Notes: generated from the sequence alone by a model not told the origin. Counted from the first letter of the stretch, positions 50,747-59,860 are shown. The stretch: DNA of 64,000 nt from Candidatus Omnitrophota bacterium (GCA_023247825.1 JAHFFR010000001.1:23009-87008); one strand, 5' to 3'. Made by a program: numbers and translations.

Positions 50747-51673
50747 CTATTTCCTTATTTTCGGATAATTAGAAACAAACCACTTTACTGTTTCTTCAAT
50801 TCCTTTTTCTATGGATGTAAATTCAAACTTCGGCAAATATTTTCTTAATTTTGTAGTGTCTGACGGTTTTCTAAACTGCCCTTCGGGTTTTGTCGTATCA
50901 AATATTACCCTACCTTCAAATCCAATTTTCCTAACAATAACATCGACAATGTCCATTATTGATGTTTCTATGCCGTGCGACAAAATAATGGAATACTCTT
51001 CGCTATAATTTTCTAAAGCCCATATCGCCAATTCCGCGATATCCTTTGAATACACCATTTCTCTTAGCGGCTTCCCGCTACCCCAGAGCACAAGGTCTGT
51101 GTTATTTTTCATTGCCAAATAGCATTTGTGTATCAAAGAAGGGATAACATGGCCGTCTTCTAAATTGAAATTATCATTAGGACCATAAGCATTTGTCGGT
51201 ATAGCTACAATATAATCGCATCCCCATTCTTTTCTATAAGCGACGCTCTGAACTTCAAGCATTCTTTTTGCATAAGCATACCCAAAATTTGACGGGTGAG
51301 GCGGGCCATTATGAATATCCTTTTCATTAAGCGGATATTGACAAGCTTCAGGAAAAACACATGTAGACATAAAAGAAACGAGCTTCTTAACACCACATAA
51401 ACGCGCTGCCTCAAGGACATTGATGTTTATCATTATGTTATTGCAAAAATATTCCCCGGAATGTATCATATTACCGCCTAATCCCCCTACTTGAGCGGCA
51501 AGATGAATTACCTTATCCGGCTTGATTACATTAAAAACATCTTTTGTTGCTGTGAAATCTGTAAGATCCGCGTCTTTTCTTGTCAAATAGGCCATTTCGG
51601 GTAAACCAAGACTCGTGATGGCATGTCCGATAAGACCCCCGGCACCGGTAACCAGTATCTTAGGCATTATCAT
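50747..51673 (-). CDS. fcl: GDP-L-fucose synthase/ColC-like epimerase-reductase
   Basis: HLAAQVGG, STCVFP, YAYAK, PTNAYGPNDNF, HVIP, WGSGKPLRE; ATGA overlap at 51673. Confidence 0.85.
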   Translation of the reverse strand: MIMPKILVTGAGGLIGHAITSLGLPEMAYLTRKDADLTDFTATKDVFNVIKPDKVIHLAAQVGGLGGNMIHSGEYFCNNIMININVLEAARLCGVKKLVSFMSTCVFPEACQYPLNEKDIHNGPPHPSNFGYAYAKRMLEVQSVAYRKEWGCDYIVAIPTNAYGPNDNFNLEDGHVIPSLIHKCYLAMKNNTDLVLWGSGKPLREMVYSKDIAELAIWALENYSEEYSIILSHGIETSIMDIVDVIVRKIGFEGRVIFDTTKPEGQFRKPSDTTKLRKYLPKFEFTSIEKGIEETVKWFVSNYPKIRK

Positions 51674-52722
51674 CCTCTCCCACACGGTACATTATCATGC
51701 GCATAAAGCAGCTTCTGCCATTCTATGGTCTTCTTGAGCCCTTCAGTAAAGTCAACATATTCTTTTTTGTTAAATTCATGTTCAGCCTTCGACATGTCTA
51801 AAAAAACATCTTCCGGGGCACCGGCCAAGCCTTCAGGTAAATTGTCCGGGCAGGTAACTGGTACTTTTAGATAGTCGCCGATCTTGCGCGCAAGATCCAT
51901 TATCGTAACGCTCGAATGGCCGCCTACGTTGTAAATCGCTTCGGAGCCCTTAAAAAGTATATTCCACATTATATCGACTGCATCGCTTACATAACAATAT
52001 GTCCTCTTTGCCCGTCCATGATCCAGCAAGGATATCCCGCCTTTCAAACCTTTTCGTATAAATTCGTTGATCACTCGCTTGTCTCCATCTTTTGTTCCGG
52101 GTCCGTATGCAAGCGATAACCTTGCGGACTTCGCCTTAACTCCCTTCTGCCTGTAGGCGTTACAAATTGCTTCCCCACACCTCTTCGCCTCAATATAACA
52201 AGCTCTTGGATGGTCCGTATTAGTCGAACCGACGTCGGTTTCTACATGCGGAATGCGCTTCTGCCCGGTATAGATTTCACTTGTACTTAAAAACAACAAC
52301 TTACCATTGGCGGCAAGTTTATCAAAAAGTTCGAACAACACAACGGTATTCAATTTGATGGTCTTTACAGGATCCTGCAAAAATCTGCCGGGCTGGCCAT
52401 ATCCCGCCGCATGTATGATATAGTCGGCCTTAGGCAAGCCGCGGCAAACATCGACACCCGTTAAATCCCCCCGGACTATCTCCGACCCATCGAATCCGGC
52501 TATATCTTTAAAATATTCCGCCGGCTCACTATTAACGGTACTGTAAACTTTGAAAGGCAGCCTTTTTTTTGTCTTTAAATAATTAAGGCTGGCCAGGAAA
52601 TGCGTTCCGACTAAACCGGACGCGCCTGTTATGATTATGCTTTTATCTTTTATCTCCTCAAAATCTACCCATTCGCAGACCGTTCGCGCGTCTTCTAGTA
52701 TCAATTCAGCAAGTCTATTCAT
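51670..52722 (-). CDS. NAD-dependent epimerase/dehydratase (UDP-glucuronate decarboxylase-like)
   Basis: TGASGLVG, STSEIY, RACYIEAKRCGE. Confidence 0.82.
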   Translation of the reverse strand: MNRLAELILEDARTVCEWVDFEEIKDKSIIITGASGLVGTHFLASLNYLKTKKRLPFKVYSTVNSEPAEYFKDIAGFDGSEIVRGDLTGVDVCRGLPKADYIIHAAGYGQPGRFLQDPVKTIKLNTVVLFELFDKLAANGKLLFLSTSEIYTGQKRIPHVETDVGSTNTDHPRACYIEAKRCGEAICNAYRQKGVKAKSARLSLAYGPGTKDGDKRVINEFIRKGLKGGISLLDHGRAKRTYCYVSDAVDIMWNILFKGSEAIYNVGGHSSVTIMDLARKIGDYLKVPVTCPDNLPEGLAGAPEDVFLDMSKAEHEFNKKEYVDFTEGLKKTIEWQKLLYAHDNVPCGRG

Positions 52723-53596
52723 TTATGAGGCTCCCCAGCTTCAAACGAATATTTTGCGGCGTCAAACCAATACATTGATTATGATCTTGGGCTTTTCCAT
52801 ATTGAGTTAAAAAGACATGCGGAACTCCTATATGCTCAATCTTAACGCTATTAATGCCAACTGATTTTATAACATCATAATCCAAGGCACCTGAATAATA
52901 TGGTTCGCATATGAGTATCTTTGAGGATGCGCAGTTTTGCCTTAAAGTTTCCACGTCAAATGGTTCTAACGAAGTATAATATAAAATTGTAATATCAATA
53001 TCAACACAAGCAGACATTACATCTTCCAAAACAGGGCCTACCGCAATTATGGTAGCCTTGGCCCCCCTTTTTAATACTGCAGCCTTACCAAATTCAACAC
53101 TGTTAGGTAATGAATTACCCTTTTCGGTCAATCTGAAATATGTAGCTCTTCCGTTAGTGTAAGACTGCTGAAACAGCCTATCAAACTCTTCGGGGTGACC
53201 AGGGACAACAATTTGCATGCCTGGGACATTCTTTAGGATTCCAACATCACCCGGGCAGTGATGCGTACAACCAAGAGCGGCATAGTCGAATGAACTGCCC
53301 ACGCTTATAAAATTACCACCAAGATTTTGGTAGCAAAAGTCGATTTTGATCTGTTCCAAGCTTCTTTCGACAATGAAAGGAGCAATAGTATGCACAACTG
53401 GAATAAATCCCTCTGAAGATAATCCCGCTGCAAGCCCCACAGTAGCCTGTTCTAAAATACCGGCATTATACATCCTATCAGGATATTTTTCGAAAGCACG
53501 CCTAAAACCAAAAACCCCAATGTCTCCGAGCAATACAATCAATCTACTATCCTGTTCAAGAACCGACTCAATAGTTTTAACAAATTGTTGTCTCAT
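52715..53596 (-). CDS. Transketolase C-terminal subunit, copy 2
   Basis: YNAGILEQ, ERSLEQIKID, GCTHH. Confidence 0.9.
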   Translation of the reverse strand: MRQQFVKTIESVLEQDSRLIVLLGDIGVFGFRRAFEKYPDRMYNAGILEQATVGLAAGLSSEGFIPVVHTIAPFIVERSLEQIKIDFCYQNLGGNFISVGSSFDYAALGCTHHCPGDVGILKNVPGMQIVVPGHPEEFDRLFQQSYTNGRATYFRLTEKGNSLPNSVEFGKAAVLKRGAKATIIAVGPVLEDVMSACVDIDITILYYTSLEPFDVETLRQNCASSKILICEPYYSGALDYDVIKSVGINSVKIEHIGVPHVFLTQYGKAQDHNQCIGLTPQNIRLKLGSLINE

Positions 53597-53598
53597 TA

Positions 53599-54360
53599 TC
53601 AGTCCAAGCTCTTAAGAATTTCTATCAACTCATCTTTTGTGGGTGACCTGTGATGCCATGCAGGATTATTTTCCATCACTTTACATCCTCTTCCTTTTAT
53701 CGTATTGGCAATAACAGCTACGGGTTTATCTTTAGGAGTATCCCTCAAGGCATTATATATTTGTTCGTGATCATGCCCATCAATCTCACAGCTCCTCCAT
53801 CCAAAAGCTTCGAATTTCATCGCAAGATCGCCAACGTTCAAAGCTCTGTCGGTCGAATGATTGTAATCAATTATGCATATGAGATTGTTCAATTTATGAT
53901 GCGCCGCCAAAAGCACCGCCTCCCAAACAGAGCCTTCGTTGCATTCACCGTCTCCGATTATTGTAAATACCTTTGAAAACGATTTTTTTATCTTCAGAGC
54001 TAGGGCAATCCCAACAGCCATAGGGAATCCATGGCCTAAAGAACCTGTTGAAGCTTCCACGCCAGGAATTTTATTCCGGTCAGGATGGCCTCCTAAAATA
54101 GAATCATATTTTGCAAAATTATCTATTAGCGATTTGTCAAAAAACCCTTTTTCAGATAAAACAACATAAAGGCCAAGCGAAGCATGGCCTTTGCTTAAAA
54201 TAAATCTATCACGGCCGGGGTGAATAGGATCATGAGGATATACATTCAGGATTCTGTCATATAATACCCACAATATATCCAGCACGGACAAGGCACTCGG
54301 GATATGCCCTTCTCCCATATTTGCCGCTATCGTAATTATTTTCTCAACAAATCTTTTCAT
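53599..54360 (-). CDS. Transketolase N-terminal subunit, copy 2
   Basis: GHIPSALS, DRFILSKGHA, STGSLGHG, GDGECNEG. Confidence 0.92.
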   Translation of the reverse strand: MKRFVEKIITIAANMGEGHIPSALSVLDILWVLYDRILNVYPHDPIHPGRDRFILSKGHASLGLYVVLSEKGFFDKSLIDNFAKYDSILGGHPDRNKIPGVEASTGSLGHGFPMAVGIALALKIKKSFSKVFTIIGDGECNEGSVWEAVLLAAHHKLNNLICIIDYNHSTDRALNVGDLAMKFEAFGWRSCEIDGHDHEQIYNALRDTPKDKPVAVIANTIKGRGCKVMENNPAWHHRSPTKDELIEILKSLD

Positions 54361-54374
54361 ATTTAAACTTTGCC

Positions 54375-55652
54375 CTACTTTTTATTAAGCTCCCATTTGG
54401 TGCCGCCCAGCACACAACACCAATTATTAGCTCCCTGTCCATACCGCAGCATCGTCGAACCTGTTTCAACAACATTAAACCGCAAAGCATCTTCACGCGC
54501 ATCTATAACGTACGTATTAGGATGATGCGCATACAACCGAACAACATATCTGTCGGGTACGAGAAAGTTAGCTTTAAGCCACACCGACGTTTTGCGTAAA
54601 CCGGGCTTAAGTTCCGCAAACTCCTTATTGTTGCCGTCAGATAAACTGGAGAATAATACCTTAACGCCAAGCGAATTTTCTAATACAACGGTGACTTCCG
54701 TATTTGCGGTCAGGCTTATTACCTGAAATTCAAGACCAATCATAAACGGTTTCAATACGTCTACATTCACGGTTAAATTACCCTGATCGTCGGTTATCCA
54801 TGCCCGAGTGAAAGACACATTAGCGCCCGGACGCGGAATAAACTCAACAGCAGCGCTTGCTATCTCGTTCTTATCCGAAAGGTATTGTTCTATAACAGAC
54901 GCTGCCTCGCCCTGAGCCGCCAATTTACCCCTATCGAGTAAAATTGCTTGCGGGCATAATGTTCGCACCATCGGAATATTGTGGCTCACGAATAATAATG
55001 TTCGCCCATCCTTAGTCAAGTCGCTCATCTTACCCAGGCACTTCTTCTGAAAGACAATGTCTCCCACTGCCAGAACTTCGTCTACCAGTAGAATCTCTGA
55101 CTCCAGATGAGCGGCTACCGCGAAAGCCAGCCGCACGTACATGCCGCTTGAGTAACGTTTCACCGGCGTATCAAGAAAACGCTCCACCTCGGCAAACGCC
55201 ACTATTTCATCAAATTTCTTTTTTATTTCAACTCGGCTCATGCCAAGAATAGCGCCGTTAAGATATATATTTTCACTTCCGGTAAGCTCAGGATGAAATC
55301 CGGTCCCTACTTCAAGCAGACTTGCCACGCGCCCCTTGCTGGAGACCCTACCTTTAGACGGCTCCGTAATACGGCTCAAGATCTTCAAGAGGGTGGTTTT
55401 ACCCGCGCCATTACGCCCAATGATCCCGATACGATCCCCCTGACATATATCAAATGAGACATTCTTGAGCGCCCAGAATTCTTCAACTGTTGAATCTTTG
55501 TTTTTTACAGCACCCCTCTTAAAAAGCCTCCTTCCCGCTTCTTTGACTGAATTCATAATTACATCGCGAAGGGCTGTGTAGCGCCGCTCCTGATGCTCGT
55601 GACGCAGCATATATTTTTTACCCAGATTTTCGATTTTAATAACAGTTTTCAT
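54375..55652 (-). CDS. wzt: O-antigen ABC exporter ATPase with C-terminal Wzt_C domain
   Basis: FWALKNVSF, GRNGAGKTT, YSSGM, LVDEVLAVGD, plus about 170 aa of beta-rich C-terminal extension. Confidence 0.93.
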   Translation of the reverse strand: MKTVIKIENLGKKYMLRHEHQERRYTALRDVIMNSVKEAGRRLFKRGAVKNKDSTVEEFWALKNVSFDICQGDRIGIIGRNGAGKTTLLKILSRITEPSKGRVSSKGRVASLLEVGTGFHPELTGSENIYLNGAILGMSRVEIKKKFDEIVAFAEVERFLDTPVKRYSSGMYVRLAFAVAAHLESEILLVDEVLAVGDIVFQKKCLGKMSDLTKDGRTLLFVSHNIPMVRTLCPQAILLDRGKLAAQGEAASVIEQYLSDKNEIASAAVEFIPRPGANVSFTRAWITDDQGNLTVNVDVLKPFMIGLEFQVISLTANTEVTVVLENSLGVKVLFSSLSDGNNKEFAELKPGLRKTSVWLKANFLVPDRYVVRLYAHHPNTYVIDAREDALRFNVVETGSTMLRYGQGANNWCCVLGGTKWELNKK

Positions 55653-55659
55653 AATAACA

Positions 55660-56499
55660 TTAGATAAAGTCCGCGAAAACACGCTCCGTTTTTCTGAAGT
55701 ACCATAATCCCGCCAACAATAGTAAAGCCATGACCAATGAAGAAGCTATAAAACCGGGCCAGTAAATCTGCTCGTTCCCGCCTAAGATCGCCCACCGGAA
55801 ACCGTCTATTACGCCCACCATCGGATTGAGGGAATAAAGCAAGCGCCATTTTTCGGGAATAATACTGCTAGAAAATCCGACCGGCGAGATGTATAGCCCC
55901 AATTGAAGAACGAAAGGGACGATATAACGAAAATCGCGATATTTAACGTTTAATGTCGCCAGCACGAGCCCGGAACCAAACGAAACCATAAAGGCCAAGA
56001 ACAGAAAAAGCGGAAGGATAATAATATGCCAGCTGGGGGTAAAACGGTAGCAGATCATGAGAACTATGAGGATAGCAAAAGAAATGGCAAAGTCAACCAG
56101 GCTTACAATCACCGTACTTGCAGGGATCACTAGCCGCGGAAAATACACCTTAGTGAGCATATTGGCATTAGATATTAAAGAGCCGCTGCTGTCACTCAGT
56201 CCATTTGCGAAAAATTGCCAGGGGAGCATAGCGGCGAATACTAATACCGGATAAGGCACATGGCCGGAGGGTAGCTTCGCAAGTTTACCAAAAATAATAG
56301 TAAAAACAACCATAGTCAGCAGAGGACGAATAACACTCCAGGCAATACCAATGACTGTCTGCTTATAGCGCACGAGCACATCGCGCCAGGCAAGAAATAA
56401 GAATAATTCTCTATAACGCCACAGATCCTTCCAGTAATGGAGCTCTGTTCGTCCTGCTTCAATTATCAAATCATAATCTGAATTAGTATTTGGATTCAT
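55660..56499 (-). CDS. wzm: O-antigen ABC exporter permease
   Basis: LWRYREL, RYKQTVIG, KVYFPR, YRD, LNP, FADFI. Confidence 0.95.
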   Translation of the reverse strand: MNPNTNSDYDLIIEAGRTELHYWKDLWRYRELFLFLAWRDVLVRYKQTVIGIAWSVIRPLLTMVVFTIIFGKLAKLPSGHVPYPVLVFAAMLPWQFFANGLSDSSGSLISNANMLTKVYFPRLVIPASTVIVSLVDFAISFAILIVLMICYRFTPSWHIIILPLFLFLAFMVSFGSGLVLATLNVKYRDFRYIVPFVLQLGLYISPVGFSSSIIPEKWRLLYSLNPMVGVIDGFRWAILGGNEQIYWPGFIASSLVMALLLLAGLWYFRKTERVFADFI

Positions 56500-56500
56500 T

Positions 56501-57514
56501 TTAGCGTGTCAGGAAATGTCTCCCTGGTTTTACCCTGTCTCTCCAGTAATCAAGCAAATCTTTCATTGTTTTTTCAAAAGGTATCTCGGGTTTCCAACCT
56601 GTATGAGCTTTGAATTTTTTTGTATCAGGGACCTGCAGGTCGGCATCAAGGGGGCGCAGCCTGCTTTTTTCTGTTTCAACTTTTATATTCTTAGCAGTGG
56701 AGATGGAAAGCAAGTAGTTAAGCATTTCCCTTACCGTACAAGTGTAAGTGCCGCCTATATTGTAATATTCGCCCGCTATCGGATTGATAGTTACCAGCAT
56801 AAAATATGCTCTTACCGCATCCCGGACATCTGCCCATGTACGCAGAGAATCTAAATTGCCGGTTTTTACTATAGGCGGTATCATCTTATATTCTATCATA
56901 GCGATCTGTTTCGCAAAGGTGGATTCGGCAAAGACATCGCCGCGGCGGGGCCCGGTATGAGTAAACATCCGGGTAACAATAACTTTTTGTCCATACGCTT
57001 CGGCATGGAACCTGCCTGACAGATCAGTGCCTGTTTTTGAAATTGCGTAGGGCGAGGCTGGATGAAAAGAGCAGTTTTCGTTTATCGGCAATTTTTCTTT
57101 AGCGACTCTTCCGAAAATCTCAGACGAAGAACATACATGGATAATAGGATCAATGTCGTGGCACCTTCTCAATGCCTCAAGCAATCTCTCGGTTCCAAGA
57201 ATATTCGTGTCCAGGGTATGAATGGGGGAACTAAAACTTATAGTCGGATAACTCTGCGCAGCGAGGTGAAAGACGTAATCCGGACGGCTTTCCTCAACAA
57301 CATTCTGCAACGAAATATAGTCGCATAGATCGCCATATACGAAATAAACGCGATCTTTCCTGTTAGCTCGATCAAGAAGATGTTGAACATTATCTAAAGG
57401 GCTGCGCCATCGGCACATGCCGTAAATATCCCACCCGGTATTTCCCAATAAGAAATCGGCCAAATGGGAACCGACCATACCGCTAATTCCGGTAATAAGG
57501 GCTCGTTTTTTCAT
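56501..57514 (-). CDS. GDP-D-glycero-D-manno-heptose 4,6-dehydratase-like (DmhA/WcbK)
   Basis: TGISGMVGSHL, HLAAQSYP, PASPYAISK, RMFTHTGPRRGDVFAES. Confidence 0.85.
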   Translation of the reverse strand: MKKRALITGISGMVGSHLADFLLGNTGWDIYGMCRWRSPLDNVQHLLDRANRKDRVYFVYGDLCDYISLQNVVEESRPDYVFHLAAQSYPTISFSSPIHTLDTNILGTERLLEALRRCHDIDPIIHVCSSSEIFGRVAKEKLPINENCSFHPASPYAISKTGTDLSGRFHAEAYGQKVIVTRMFTHTGPRRGDVFAESTFAKQIAMIEYKMIPPIVKTGNLDSLRTWADVRDAVRAYFMLVTINPIAGEYYNIGGTYTCTVREMLNYLLSISTAKNIKVETEKSRLRPLDADLQVPDTKKFKAHTGWKPEIPFEKTMKDLLDYWRDRVKPGRHFLTR

Positions 57515-58263
57515 TATTTATCACCCCTAGATTTTTCAGTCTCGACAGATCTTTTAACCTTATTAAAAAAAGATTCTGCTTCCTTATACGAGCTTGATGT
57601 GCCAATATCGATAAATTTCGCATCTTGCGGAAATGCAAATAATCCGCTACCAATCATCTCCGGAAAAAAATTATTTTCGAGTGAGATATTTTCCTTTTCC
57701 CTTATTAACGCCACCGATCCGCGGTTTATGCAATATATTCCGGCGTTGATCCACCCGCTTTTGATATCCGCGCTTTTTTCATCAAAGGAAGTAACCATGT
57801 AATTTGAGTCAAAATTGACGCAGCCGTATCTGCTTACATCCGGTACGCGAACCAGGGCCAGTGTGCATGACGATTTTCTTAAAAGATGCCATTCTAATAA
57901 ATTCTGCGGATTAATCCCGCAGTAGGAGTCTCCGTTGTAAACCATAACCACATCGGATTTTATCATATCAAACGCATTTCTTATTGCGCCTGCCGTACCT
58001 AAAGGCTCTTGCTCTTTTGAATAACGCAGTGAAAGCGCCTTATACCTACTACCCAATAATTTTTCGATTTGTTCACCCATGAACCCTGTGCATAAAGTTA
58101 CATCCTTACCGCCCGCATTTGAAATTTGTTCGAGAATAAACGTAATGAACGGGCGCCCGGTAACTTCGGCAAGAACTTTTTGCCGGTCAGAAACTATTAA
58201 CCGCAACCTCTTGCCAAGCCCCCCACATAGAATCAATATGCTGATTTGAGACAGGTTATCCAT
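57514..58263 (-). CDS. hddC: Heptose-1-phosphate guanylyltransferase-like nucleotidyltransferase
   Basis: ILCGGLGKRLR, EPLGTAGA, NGDS, INAGIY, FIDIG. Confidence 0.8.
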   Translation of the reverse strand: MDNLSQISILILCGGLGKRLRLIVSDRQKVLAEVTGRPFITFILEQISNAGGKDVTLCTGFMGEQIEKLLGSRYKALSLRYSKEQEPLGTAGAIRNAFDMIKSDVVMVYNGDSYCGINPQNLLEWHLLRKSSCTLALVRVPDVSRYGCVNFDSNYMVTSFDEKSADIKSGWINAGIYCINRGSVALIREKENISLENNFFPEMIGSGLFAFPQDAKFIDIGTSSSYKEAESFFNKVKRSVETEKSRGDK

Positions 58264-58339
58264 CTAAACTCCGCTTTGCACCAACACAAGTAACATTACT
58301 TTGCTAGAAAATATTGTTAACTTTTTACCCTAACTCCTG

Positions 58340-58398
58340 CTATTCTACCGCTAAACCAATTACGCCTGCGCCTATAATCAAAATGTCAATTTTTCCAT
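58340..58398 (-). pseudogene. N-terminal remnant of an FAD-dependent oxidoreductase
   Basis: Manual reading: ATG GAA AAA, 1-nt slip in an A-run, then IDILIIGAGVIGLAVE-stop (GxGxxG). Confidence 0.6.
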
Positions 58399-58407
58399 TA
58401 GTTTAGA

Positions 58408-58446
58408 TCGGGGACAGTCCCAAAAAACGGGACAGTCCCCTCTATT
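58408..58446. repeat. REP-like element with tandem GGGACAGTCCC palindromes, copy 1
   Basis: TCGGGGACAGTCCCAAAAAACGGGACAGTCCCCTCTATT; 37/39 identical to 59473..59511. Confidence 0.9.
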
Positions 58447-58642
58447 CGCCACCAATAGACGGCACCTGGAGTAAAACTGAAATTCTGTAGATTCTCGGAG
58501 AGAATAAGATACACCCGAACCCTATGGCACAAATTAATAGGAATACTCCAAAAAAAGTATTTTTGCGTTTAGCAAATAATTTGAAACACTGATACAGATC
58601 TATTTCCGCCTCCTCAAAATTGAACTGAGTTATTTGATCCAT
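58442..58642 (-). pseudogene. N-terminal remnant of a Wzz/chain-length determinant
   Basis: EEAEIDLYQ..KLFAKRK + TM helix + PRIY; ends at a TAG inside the repeat. Confidence 0.75.
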
Positions 58643-58668
58643 GCTACTGGCACCTCTCAATTTGCTGC

Positions 58669-58806
58669 CTACTTATTACTATCATTGATCTTGCCTAAAG
58701 AGATAGCCAGCTTCGTAGAAAGCTCCCGCTGCGTAACAGCAGGCTGAGACTCTATCTCTTTGATAATAATGAGGTTCTCTTCCTTTAAGGAGGATTGTTC
58801 AGGCAT
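58669..58806 (-). pseudogene. Truncated EPS-associated MarR-family regulator
   Basis: Manual reading: MPEQSSLKEENLIIIKEIESQPAVTQRELSTKLAISLGKINDSNK-stop; HTH ends in the recognition helix. Confidence 0.72.
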
Positions 58807-58815
58807 TGAACAGAT

Positions 58816-58843
58816 ATTTTAACTCGTTAGATAAGAAAGTCAA
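58816..58843 (-). promoter_or_regulatory. Possible sigma70 promoter upstream of the MarR remnant
   Basis: TTGACT, 16-bp spacer, TAAAAT about 10 nt upstream of ATG 58806. Confidence 0.35.
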
Positions 58844-58905
58844 GTTCTTTAAGGGGATTTTTTTGGATTTAAATAGAAAAGGTGAGGCTTCTAGTTATTT
58901 AGGAC

Positions 58906-58946
58906 GAGATCCCTGCACTGAGCGAAGCGAATGTGCTCAGGATGAC
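58906..58946. repeat. Half-copy of the GTCATT/CCTGAG palindromic element
   Basis: Reverse complement GTCATCCTGAGCACATTCGCTTCGCTCAGTG nearly matches 46192..46222. Confidence 0.75.
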
Positions 58947-58982
58947 GATGAAATTCAGGATTCCCCCCCCAGAATAAGTATA

Positions 58983-59472
58983 TTACTCAAGTAACCGCGC
59001 AAAAGTCTTTGATTCAAGGAAATTAACTTCACCTGGCTCTTCAAGAAACCGGCTGACATCATTTCTAACTTTTGCCCAATCTAATCCCTCGGCAACTTTT
59101 CTAATTTCTGATTTCCAGTTTTGCGAATCAATCTTAACTGGCTCTTGCGATGTCTGAGCCATAGCGTTATTGAGCATAATATAATTCGGCTCTAGTTCTT
59201 TAAATTTTGTCAAATACCACAATAAATCATACCAATCCCTTCCCTTAGTATACTTGCGGCACAGAAGTGCATGCACTTTACCTGCAAGTAAAGAAGCTAA
59301 ATCATAATGAAGGACATAGAACATAGATGTTGAATTATACACATCGCTAACCTCCAAACCCCCCTGAGGCGGCTTGGAGTCAATCTCCACTTTGATAAAA
59401 ATCTTTTGTGTTTTTAACGGGCTTAAACCTGTTTCAAAAAGGATGTCGGAGAATGTCAAGGAAAACTTGATG
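58983..59472 (-). pseudogene. C-terminal remnant of an AbiEii-family nucleotidyltransferase (type IV TA toxin)
   Basis: IKVEID..PP, LLAGKVHALLCR...KGRDWYDL; the N-terminal GGT/RFSEDLD part is missing and the frame begins at the repeat. Confidence 0.8.
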
Positions 59473-59511
59473 TCGGGGACAGTCCCAAAAGGCGGGACAG
59501 TCCCCTCTATT
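59473..59511. repeat. REP-like element with tandem GGGACAGTCCC palindromes, copy 2
   Basis: TCGGGGACAGTCCCAAAAGGCGGGACAGTCCCCTCTATT. Confidence 0.9.
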
Positions 59512-59860
59512 TCCCAGCTACAAGCAATTTTTTAATCGCCTCAAATATAACCTGAATGTCCGTTTCGTGTAATTGATATTTTCGCTCTAATTCTTCAAGT
59601 TTCTCTGCCAGCTCTTTATGTGTTAATAACAACTCACGTAATTTAACGAATGCCCGCATGATGGTAATGTTTACCCAAATGGCCTGCTTAGATTTAAGTA
59701 CACTAGAAAGCATTGCTACGCCTTGTTCTGTAAAGACATACGGCAAGTGCCTTCTTCCTCCCCAACTTGATATTCCTTTTTGGAATATCAAGTTTTTGCA
59801 CTCTTTTTTAGTTAACTGAAACATAAAATCTTCCGGGAAACGATCAATATTCCGTAATTT
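59507..59860 (-). pseudogene. ORF6N-domain DNA-binding protein fragment
   Basis: [43 protein letters not shown]; N-terminus missing; stop codon comes from the repeat. Confidence 0.85.

Noticed and set aside
16638-57670. Homopolymer runs of about 8 A/T as phase-variation tracts
   Set aside because: Expected in AT-rich DNA and all lie in intact frames; no long poly-G/C or microsatellite seen
58983-59472. Functional AbiE/type IV toxin-antitoxin defence system
   Set aside because: The catalytic N-terminal motifs and the antitoxin gene are absent
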